In this document: positions 8,976 through 16,594 of the stretch, in pieces
How the letters are laid out: the number at the start of each line of letters is the position of its first letter
Numbering within the stretch: the first letter of the stretch is position 1
Source of the DNA: Mycobacterium tuberculosis H37Rv
GTDB lineage: Bacteria > Actinomycetota > Actinomycetes > Mycobacteriales > Mycobacteriaceae
Direction: 5' to 3'
Length of the DNA stretch: 32,000 bases
NCBI RefSeq assembly: GCF_000195955.2
Contig: NC_000962.3
Location: forward strand, 2,520,001-2,552,000
The notes under the pieces: model-generated
What the model was told of the DNA's origin: nothing
What the model saw: only the letters and a program-made list of their open reading frames with translations
Database searches by the model: none
Program-made: the position numbers and the translations under genes

Positions 8976-9312
8976 TACGCTACGTCGACAAGGGCGACCG
9001 CCGCGGCGGCCGGTATTCCACGACGCCAGCCGCGCTCAACACCTGCTTGCCGAGGAAAGCGTTCCCGGTGGCGGCATCGAGGCGTTTGTCGATGTGCGAC
9101 TTCGACCGGCGGAGGACAGCGACGACTTTCTGGCATGGTCGAGCACGGACACCACGATCGACGATGCCGTCCACGTCACCGGACCCTACGACTACCTGCT
9201 ACACATTCGGGTCTGCGACACAGCGGACCTGGACCGCCTGTTACGCAGGCTCAAGACCTCCGCGGAAGCTGCGCAAACCCAAACGCGCATTGCGCTCAGG
9301 TCCCGGCGTTGA
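8971..9312 (+). pseudogene. remnant of an Lrp/AsnC-family regulator (effector-binding domain retained, HTH lost)
   Basis: The frame is open from the stop at 8968-8970 to TGA at 9310-9312. It reads ..RAQHLLAEESVPGGGIEAFVDVRLRPAEDSDDFLAWSS..VHVTGPYDYLLHIRVCDTADLDRLLRRL..QTQTRIAL. This aligns by eye with the Lrp/AsnC C-terminal domain (G-x-[FY]DYLL motif). There is no N-terminal HTH and no credible start. Confidence 0.6.
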
Positions 9313-9340
9313 CACCGCGCCAGCAGGCGCCACCAAACCC

Positions 9341-9853
9341 TTAGCCAACTCCCCGACTCAGCCAAGTCACCTCGCCGGCGTCGCCGCCGTCACGATACAC
9401 CTCGAGCGCCTGGTCCCAGGCCGTTCCCAGCACCGAATCCAGTTCGGCGGCCAGTGTGTCCGCACCTTGGGCCATCATCGCCCGCAGCCGCATCTCCCCC
9501 ACCATGATGTCGCCGTTGGCGCTCATCGCCCCGCTCCACAGACCCAGTTGCGGGGTGTGACTGAATCGCTGGCCGTCGACTCCAGGGCTAGGGTCTTCGG
9601 TGACCTCGAACCGCAGCACCGACCAGGAACGCAAGGCGTTGGCTAGTCGCGCCCCGGTGCCCACCGGCCCGACCCAATTAGTGACCGCACGCAACTGCGG
9701 CGGCAGGGCCGGTTGCGGCGTCCAGACCAGGTTCGCCTTGGCCTGTAGGGTCGACGACAACGCCCACTCGACATGCGGGCACACCGCCGCGGGCGAGGCG
9801 TGGATGTACACCACACCGGACGTCACGTCGGCGAATTGGTTCGACGCTCGCAT
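9341..9853 (-). CDS. conserved hypothetical protein (DUF3145-like, Rv2256c-like)
   Basis: ATG at 9853 is preceded by AAGGAG with 6-nt spacing. Alternative upstream starts are GTG at 9874 and TTG at 9892. Conserved N-terminus GVVYIHASPAAVCPHVEWAL. Confidence 0.75.
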   Translation of the reverse strand: MRASNQFADVTSGVVYIHASPAAVCPHVEWALSSTLQAKANLVWTPQPALPPQLRAVTNWVGPVGTGARLANALRSWSVLRFEVTEDPSPGVDGQRFSHTPQLGLWSGAMSANGDIMVGEMRLRAMMAQGADTLAAELDSVLGTAWDQALEVYRDGGDAGEVTWLSRGVG

Positions 9854-10003
9854 CTGCTGCTCCTTCGGTTCCACGAGGGACGTCTTCCCCAACGACCTGG
9901 TGAACCCGACAAGCAGGATGCCTGCTGTGAAATTTCGAATTTTTGTGTCGTGCGTTTCTATTGTGCCTTGTGATACCCGTGTTGCGCTAGTGTGCGGTTC
10001 TGC

Positions 10004-10822
10004 CTAGGTGTACTCGGCTAGAACCGCGTCGGAAATCGCGGGCCACAAGTCCAACGCCCAGTCGCCGAAATCGCGGGCCGTGAGGACCACCAGAGCCAGG
10101 TCCGCCTTGGGATCCACCCAGATGAAACCGCCTGATTGGCCGAAATGGCCGAATGTCCGCGTCGAGTTGCACTCGCCGGTCCAGTGGGGCGATTTCGAAT
10201 TCCTGATCTCAAAGCCCAGCCCCCAGTCATTGGGCCGCTGCACACCGTACCCGGGCAGTACACCGTCCAGGCCGGGAAACTGCACCGTGGTCGCGTCGGC
10301 ATGCATCTGCGCCGAGACCGTCGATGGACGCAGCAGATCACCCGCGAACACCGCCAAGTCCGCGACCGTCGAGGTCGCCCCGAACCCGGCGGCAGCGGGG
10401 CCCCCGTCCAGCCGGGTGGTCACCATGCCCAGGGGTTCGCACACCGCCTCGGTCAGGTAGCGCCCGAACTCGATCCCCGACTCCCGCTGCACGCTCTCGG
10501 CCAGCACGGTGAAACCGTAGTTCGAATACATCCGGCGGGTGCCGGGGCGGGCCAGCGCCTGATCGGAATGCATCGCCAACCCCGATGTGTGCGCCAGCAG
10601 GTGACGGACCGTGGAGCCGGGCGGGCCTGCCGGGGTGTCGAGATTCACCACCCCCTCCTCAACGGCGACCTGTGCGGCTCGGGCCACCAGCGGCTTGGTG
10701 ACCGACGCCAGCGCGAACACCCGCGCGGTATCGCCGTGGGTGGCTAGCACCCCTGCGGGTCCGATCACCGCGGCGGCCGCAGCCGGGACCGGCCAGCCAC
10801 CAAGCACTTCGAGAGCGGTCAT
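10004..10822 (-). CDS. serine hydrolase of the beta-lactamase/esterase (class C-like) family (272 aa, Rv2257c-like)
   Basis: SxxK motif SVTKPLV and YxN motif YSNYGF. Full-length ORF. Confidence 0.85.
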   Translation of the reverse strand: MTALEVLGGWPVPAAAAAVIGPAGVLATHGDTARVFALASVTKPLVARAAQVAVEEGVVNLDTPAGPPGSTVRHLLAHTSGLAMHSDQALARPGTRRMYSNYGFTVLAESVQRESGIEFGRYLTEAVCEPLGMVTTRLDGGPAAAGFGATSTVADLAVFAGDLLRPSTVSAQMHADATTVQFPGLDGVLPGYGVQRPNDWGLGFEIRNSKSPHWTGECNSTRTFGHFGQSGGFIWVDPKADLALVVLTARDFGDWALDLWPAISDAVLAEYT

Positions 10823-10835
10823 CGACTCCGGCGCG

Positions 10836-11897
10836 TCACTTCCGGGCGATGTAGTAGTTGTTCAACACGTCCGACTCGATCTCGGCCACCGTCACGTCGG
10901 TAAAACCGGCGTCGGCGAGCATCGAGGTGGCCAACTGCCTGCCCCACACCGTCCCCAACCCGGCCCCGTCAAGCGCCAGCGACACCGTCATGCAGTGCAT
11001 TAGCGAGGTCGTGTACAGGTAGGTGCTCAGCGGAACGCCGACATTGTCTTCCAGTTGACTCGATGCCTTGATGTCGACCATCAGCAGCACACCACCGGGT
11101 CGCAGCGCACGATAGATGTTCTGCAGGACGCGCGCCGGCTGCGCCTGGTCGTGAATCGCGTCGAACACGGTGATCACGTCGTAGGCCCCCACCTTGTCCA
11201 GCTCTGCCAGGTCATGGCGCTCGAAGGTCGCGTTTGCCAGGCCCAACCGAGCCGCCTCCTCGGTCCCCGCCGCAACGGCCTCGTCGGAAAAGTCGATGCC
11301 GGTGAATCGGCTCGCGCCGAACGCCTGCGCCATCAGCTTGACCGCGCGACCACTGCCGCAACCGAAATCGGCCACGTCGGCTCCGGACCGCAAGCGGTCC
11401 GGAAGGCCGTCGACCAGCGGGAGCACCACGTCGATCAAGGCGGCATCGAACACCATGCCGCTCATCTCGGCCATCAGCTTGTGGAAGCGCGGGTATTCGC
11501 TGTAGGGCACACCGCCGCCTTCCCGGAAGCAGCGAATGACCTTTTGTTCGACCTCGCCGAGCAGCGAAACGAACTGTGCTATCACGGCGAGGTTGTCCGG
11601 CCCGGCCGCACGGGTCAGCATGCCGGCGCGGTGGGCAGGCAGCGAGTAGGTCGAGCTCCCCGCGTCGTATTCGACGATCTGCCCGGTGGTCATGCCGCCT
11701 AGCCACTCCCGAACGTAGCGCTCTTCCAACCCCGCAGCCTCAGCGATCTCCATGCTGGTGGCTGGCGGAAGTCCGGCCATGGTGTCCAGCAGCCCGGTCT
11801 GGTGTCCAACGCTCACCAGGATCGCCAAACCGGCGCTGTCGATGGCCGCAACAAAACGGTTGCCGAATTCTTCGGTGGTCTCGAGTGCTCCGCTCAT
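10836..11897 (-). CDS. SAM-dependent methyltransferase with N-terminal wHTH-like dimerisation domain (353 aa, Rv2258c-like)
   Basis: Motif [10 protein letters not shown]. Class I methyltransferase layout. The ATG at 11897 and its SD lie inside the first MIRU unit. Confidence 0.88.
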
Positions 11898-12211
11898 CTG
11901 CGCCGCTCCTCCTCATCGCTTCGCTCTGCATCGTCACCGGCGCGACTCATCTGCGCCGCTCCTCCTCATCGCTTCGCTCTGCATCGTCACCGGCGCGACT
12001 CATCTGCGCCGCTCCTGCTCATCGCTTCGCTCTGCATCGTCACCGGCGCGACTCATCTGCGCCGCTCCTGCTCATCGCTTCGCTCTGCATCGTCACCGGC
12101 GCGACTCATCTGCGCCGCTCCTGCTCATCGCTTCGCTCTGCATCGTCACCGGCGCGACTCATCTGCGCCGCTCCTCCTCATCGCTTCGCTCTGCATCGTC
12201 ACCGGCGCGCA
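11894..12211. repeat. MIRU-type tandem repeat, 6 x 53 bp (VNTR; MIRU23 / locus 2531 from memory)
   Basis: The unit tcatctgcgccgctcct[c/g]ctcatcgcttcgctctgcatcgtcaccggcgcgac starts at 11894, 11947, 12000, 12053, 12106 and 12159. Copies 1, 2 and 6 carry ..cctcctc.. and copies 3-5 carry ..cctgctc... The last copy is slightly divergent at its end. Confidence 0.95.
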
Positions 12212-12231
12212 TGGTCAGCGACGCTACACCG

Positions 12232-12237
12232 TAGGTT
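12232..12237 (+). promoter_or_regulatory. candidate -10 hexamer for a leaderless adhE2/mscR transcript
   Basis: taggtt fits TANNNT and lies 7 nt upstream of the ATG at 12245. No SD is present in the 33-nt spacer after the MIRU array. Confidence 0.35.
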
Positions 12238-12244
12238 GGACACC

Positions 12245-13330
12245 ATGAGTCAGACGGTGCGCGGTGTGATCGCACGACAAAAGGGCGAACCCGTTGAGCT
12301 GGTGAACATTGTCGTCCCGGATCCCGGACCCGGCGAGGCCGTGGTCGACGTCACCGCCTGCGGGGTATGCCATACCGACCTGACCTACCGCGAGGGCGGC
12401 ATCAACGACGAATACCCTTTTCTGCTCGGACACGAGGCCGCGGGCATCATCGAGGCCGTCGGGCCGGGTGTAACCGCAGTCGAGCCCGGCGACTTCGTGA
12501 TCCTGAACTGGCGTGCCGTGTGCGGCCAGTGCCGGGCCTGCAAACGCGGACGGCCCCGCTACTGCTTCGACACCTTTAACGCCGAACAGAAGATGACGCT
12601 GACCGACGGCACCGAGCTCACTGCGGCGTTGGGCATCGGGGCCTTTGCCGATAAGACGCTGGTGCACTCTGGCCAGTGCACGAAGGTCGATCCGGCTGCC
12701 GATCCCGCGGTGGCCGGCCTGCTGGGTTGCGGGGTCATGGCCGGCCTGGGCGCCGCGATCAACACCGGCGGGGTAACCCGCGACGACACCGTCGCGGTGA
12801 TCGGCTGCGGCGGCGTTGGCGATGCCGCGATCGCCGGTGCCGCGCTGGTCGGCGCCAAACGGATCATCGCGGTCGACACCGATGACACGAAGCTTGACTG
12901 GGCCCGCACCTTCGGCGCCACCCACACCGTCAACGCCCGCGAAGTCGACGTCGTCCAGGCCATCGGCGGCCTCACGGATGGATTCGGCGCGGACGTGGTG
13001 ATCGACGCCGTCGGCCGACCGGAAACCTACCAGCAGGCCTTCTACGCCCGCGATCTCGCCGGAACCGTTGTGCTGGTGGGTGTTCCGACGCCCGACATGC
13101 GCCTGGACATGCCGCTGGTCGACTTCTTCTCTCACGGCGGTGCGCTGAAGTCGTCGTGGTACGGCGATTGCCTGCCCGAAAGCGACTTCCCCACGCTGAT
13201 CGACCTTTACCTGCAGGGCCGGCTGCCGCTGCAGCGGTTCGTTTCCGAACGCATCGGGCTCGAAGACGTCGAGGAGGCGTTCCACAAGATGCATGGCGGC
13301 AAGGTATTGCGTTCGGTGGTGATGTTGTGA
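12245..13330 (+). CDS. adhE2: class III zinc alcohol dehydrogenase: mycothiol-dependent formaldehyde dehydrogenase / S-nitrosomycothiol reductase type (361 aa)
   Basis: Catalytic-zinc motifs GVCHTD and [12 protein letters not shown]. Structural-zinc motif [18 protein letters not shown] fold VIGCGGVG. The 584-aa track ORF is an artefactual extension through the MIRU array. Confidence 0.9.
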   Translation: MSQTVRGVIARQKGEPVELVNIVVPDPGPGEAVVDVTACGVCHTDLTYREGGINDEYPFLLGHEAAGIIEAVGPGVTAVEPGDFVILNWRAVCGQCRACKRGRPRYCFDTFNAEQKMTLTDGTELTAALGIGAFADKTLVHSGQCTKVDPAADPAVAGLLGCGVMAGLGAAINTGGVTRDDTVAVIGCGGVGDAAIAGAALVGAKRIIAVDTDDTKLDWARTFGATHTVNAREVDVVQAIGGLTDGFGADVVIDAVGRPETYQQAFYARDLAGTVVLVGVPTPDMRLDMPLVDFFSHGGALKSSWYGDCLPESDFPTLIDLYLQGRLPLQRFVSERIGLEDVEEAFHKMHGGKVLRSVVML

Positions 13331-13965
13331 TGGCCGCCATCGAGCGCGTCATCACCCACGGCACCTTCGAACTCGATGGCGGCAGTTGGGAAGTCGACAA
13401 CAACATCTGGCTGGTCGGCGACGACTCCGAGGTGGTGGTTTTCGACGCCGCCCACCACGCGGCTCCTATCATCGACGCCGTCGGCGGCCGCAAGGTGGTT
13501 GCGGTGATCTGCACGCACGGCCACAACGACCACGTGACGGTGGCCCCCGAACTGGGCACGGCGCTTGACGCACCGGTGCTGATGCATCCCGGCGACGCCG
13601 TGCTGTGGCGAATGACTCACCCGGACAAAAGCTTTCGCGCCGTTTCAGACGGTGATGCGGTGCGGGTTGGCGGGACGGAGTTGCGTGCGCTGCACACCCC
13701 GGGGCACTCCCCTGGATCGGTGTGCTGGTATGCGCCAGAGCTGGGTCCCGGAACAGGCACCGTGTTCAGCGGAGACACGCTGTTCGCTGGCGGGCCGGGT
13801 GCAACCGGCCGCTCGTATTCCGACTTCCCCACGATCCTGCGGTCGATATCCGGACGGCTCGGCGCATTACCGGGCGACACCGTCGTGCACACCGGCCACG
13901 GCGACAGCACCACCATCGGCGACGAGATCGTCCACTACGAGGAATGGGTGGCCCGTGGGCATTGA
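13330..13965 (+). CDS. metallo-beta-lactamase-fold hydrolase (glyoxalase II / thioester hydrolase-like, 211 aa, Rv2260-like)
   Basis: ATG at 13330 overlaps the adhE2 TGA by 1 nt (gtgATGgcc). HxHxDH motif CTHGHNDH. A later TPGHSPG motif. Confidence 0.85.
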   Translation: MAAIERVITHGTFELDGGSWEVDNNIWLVGDDSEVVVFDAAHHAAPIIDAVGGRKVVAVICTHGHNDHVTVAPELGTALDAPVLMHPGDAVLWRMTHPDKSFRAVSDGDAVRVGGTELRALHTPGHSPGSVCWYAPELGPGTGTVFSGDTLFAGGPGATGRSYSDFPTILRSISGRLGALPGDTVVHTGHGDSTTIGDEIVHYEEWVARGH

Positions 13966-14041
13966 TCCCGCGGGCGCGCGCAGAATGCCGGTCGTAGCGG
14001 CGTGTCGGTGTACAAGCACCGCGCGGTCCATGAGCCGAGCG

Positions 14042-15552
14042 CTACTTATCCGCGCAATCTGACACTCGAGCCAAGCTGCGGCGCAGAAACACCGCAAAGC
14101 CGGCACCCATGACCACAAATGCCGTCACTGGCACCCAGTCACCCAACCGAAGGTAGAGCGTGACATTCGATGCCAACGGAACGTTCACCACGATGGCACC
14201 GTTGAATTCCGCCGAGCACCAGGCCAGCCGACGGCCCCGGGTATCAAAGGCCGAGCTGTCGCCCGACAAGCTGGCGTGCACCGCTGGGATGCCGGCTTCG
14301 ACGGCGCGCACCGCGGGCTGGGCGGCCAACTGCGGCTGCGCCCAACTCCCTTGGAACGTCGAGGTGGAACTCTGATACACCAGCAGCGCCGCCCCGAGCC
14401 GCGCGGCGTGCCGGGTCAGATCGGAGAAGGTCATCTCGTAGCTGATCAACGGGGCGATATGCAAGGAGTTCACCGCCAACACCACCGGCCCGGCGCCGCG
14501 CTGCCGATCCTTTGCGGCGGCCTTGCTGTAGCGGGTGATCCAGCCGAAAAGCGGGCGCAGCGGAGCACATATTCGCCAAACGGAACCAACCGGGTCTTCC
14601 GGTAGCTGCCCACAGCTTCGTGCGCGCCGACAAGCACCGCCGACTTGTAGATTCCCCCGTCCGGTGCCGGGGCGTCGACGTTGACCAACAAATCCGCGCC
14701 CACCCGCTGTGACAGCTCGGCCAGGCGAGCCAGGACGTCAGGATGGCGGGTGAGGTCTTGTCCGACGCTGCTTTCCCCCCAGACCACCAAGTCCGGCCGC
14801 TGGTCCGCAACGGCCGCGGTGAACTCTTCACCGGCCGCCAGTCGAGCCGCCGCATCGGCTATGTCGCCGGCCTGTACCAGCGCCACGCGCACCGTCGGAC
14901 CGCCGACCGGCACCGAGCCCAGCAGGTAGGAAGCCGGGCCGAGTCCCGCACACCCAATCACGCATCCCAGCGCGACCAGCCGGCCGCCCGTTGCCCGGCA
15001 CACGAGCACGCTCGCGATGGCGGTATTGGTCGCAACCAGAAGAAAACTTGTCAGCCACACCCCACCCAGCGACGCCGACGCTAGCGTCACGGGCTGGCTC
15101 CATTGCGATGCACCCAGCAACGCCCACGGACCGCCCAGCGATTGCCAGGACCGCACCGCTTCGGCTGCCACCCACGCGCTGGGCACCACGACCAGGGCGG
15201 CACCGACGCGGCATGTGGTCACCGGTACCGACAACAGCCGGTGCGCCAACCACCCGGCCGGCAGCCACAGCACACCCAGGCCGGCGGCCAACAGCACCAG
15301 CATCGGACCAGCACTGGTCACCAGCCAGTACTGGGTTGCCAGCACAAATCCGCCCATACCCGTCCACGCCCGCAGCGCGCCCTCCCACGACGTCGGCGCG
15401 GCCCGCACCACTAACAGCAGTGGGACCAAGCCGAACCAGGCCAGCCACCACCAAGACGGCGCGGGAAAGGCCAGCGCGGGTAACCCGCCGAACACCAACG
15501 CTGCCGCACAACCAATGACCGGTTGTCGCCGGGCTCCCGCGCGCAACGCCAT
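14042..15552 (-). pseudogene. apolipoprotein N-acyltransferase (Lnt)-like gene split by a frameshift (Rv2262c/Rv2261c-like)
   Basis: The upstream ORF carries polytopic membrane helices plus CN-hydrolase motifs LVVWGES and YRKTRLVPFGEYV, then leaves the frame. The downstream ORF (14042-14485) continues ..AVNSLHIAPLISYEMTF... The junction is at ctccg (14561-14565). The span is a multiple of three plus 2. The start could be 15552 (MALRAG) or 15642 (MQITPF). Confidence 0.8.
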
Positions 15553-15640
15553 GCCGATCAGCATGCCGGCCACATTCGCCTGCGTCGAGGAAAAGAGCAG
15601 ACTAAGACCGGCAGTCCCCGCCAGAAAGGGAGTGATTTGC

Positions 15641-16594
15641 ATGGCCAAGGATCTGGTCGCCACGGTGCCCGATCTTTCCGGGAAGCTGGCAATCATCACC
15701 GGCGCCAACAGCGGTCTAGGCTTCGGGCTGGCCCGGCGGCTGTCGGCGGCTGGCGCCGACGTAATCATGGCGATCCGCAATCGCGCCAAGGGCGAGGCGG
15801 CGGTCGAGGAAATCCGGACCGCGGTTCCGGATGCGAAGCTGACCATCAAGGCCCTCGACCTGTCATCGTTGGCGTCCGTCGCCGCGTTGGGGGAACAGCT
15901 CATGGCTGACGGGCGGCCGATCGACCTGCTGATCAACAACGCCGGCGTCATGACCCCACCGGAACGCGTTACCACTGCCGACGGCTTCGAATTGCAGTTC
16001 GGCAGCAACCATCTCGGACACTTCGCGCTAACCGCACACCTGCTGCCGCTGTTGCGCGCGGCACAGCGCGCGAGGGTCGTCTCGTTGAGCAGCTTGGCGG
16101 CCCGCCGCGGCCGCATCCACTTCGACGACCTACAGTTCGAGAGGTCGTACGCCCCGATGACGGCCTATGGCCAGTCGAAGCTGGCGGTCTTGATGTTCGC
16201 CCGCGAGCTGGACCGCCGCAGCCGCGCGGCCGGCTGGGGCATCATCTCCAATGCCGCGCATCCTGGCTTGACCAAGACCAACCTGCAGATCGCGGGACCG
16301 TCCCATGGCCGCGACAAGCCGGCGCTGATGGAACGCTTGTACAAGACGTCCTGGCGTTTCGCACCGTTCCTCTGGCAGGAGATCGAAGAGGGGATCTTGC
16401 CCGCGCTGTATGCAGCCGCCACCCCGCAAGCCGACGGTGGCGCGTTCTATGGCCCCCGCGGCCGCTACGAGGTCGCCGGCGGTGGTGTGCGAGAGGCCAA
16501 GGTTCCCGCAGCCGCCCGCAACGACGCCGATAGCAAGCGACTTTGGGAGGTCTCCGAGCAGCTCACCGGTGTCAGCTACCCGAAATCGCGCTGA
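15641..16594 (+). CDS. short-chain dehydrogenase/reductase (317 aa, Rv2263-like)
   Basis: Cofactor motif [10 protein letters not shown] and catalytic YGQSK. The upstream part of the 525-aa track ORF is antisense to the lnt-like gene. Confidence 0.88.
   Translation: MAKDLVATVPDLSGKLAIITGANSGLGFGLARRLSAAGADVIMAIRNRAKGEAAVEEIRTAVPDAKLTIKALDLSSLASVAALGEQLMADGRPIDLLINNAGVMTPPERVTTADGFELQFGSNHLGHFALTAHLLPLLRAAQRARVVSLSSLAARRGRIHFDDLQFERSYAPMTAYGQSKLAVLMFARELDRRSRAAGWGIISNAAHPGLTKTNLQIAGPSHGRDKPALMERLYKTSWRFAPFLWQEIEEGILPALYAAATPQADGGAFYGPRGRYEVAGGGVREAKVPAAARNDADSKRLWEVSEQLTGVSYPKSR

Noticed and set aside
8980-9174. 64-aa minus-strand ORF (annotated as a hypothetical gene in H37Rv, from memory)
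   Set aside because: It lies antisense to the clearly recognisable AsnC-family remnant and has no SD or motif. It is most likely not coding.
9921-9935. Hairpin agcagg-atg-cctgct and the adjacent AT-rich aaatttcgaattttt stretch between the serine hydrolase stop and the DUF3145-like gene
   Set aside because: The stem is short with no U-tract. The AT-rich stretch is plausibly just the promoter region of the downstream gene, and I cannot support a specific site call.
11894-12211. Regular 53-bp periodic array considered as a possible CRISPR array
   Set aside because: The units are directly adjacent with no unique spacers, no cas genes are nearby, and the sequence matches the MIRU tandem-repeat class.
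11576-13330. 584-aa ORF, plus 160-aa and 148-aa ORFs, reading through the repeat array on the plus strand
   Set aside because: The repeat unit lacks stops in all plus-strand frames, and 6 x 53 = 318 nt preserves the frame. The upstream part is antisense to the methyltransferase gene. The real ADH starts at ATG 12245 (MSQTVRGV..).
15643-16116. Upstream extension of the Lnt-like ORF (548-aa track ORF) and the reciprocal 15017-15640 extension of the SDR ORF
   Set aside because: Each extension is antisense to the other gene's well-supported coding region and is low-complexity. These are typical high-GC open antisense frames.
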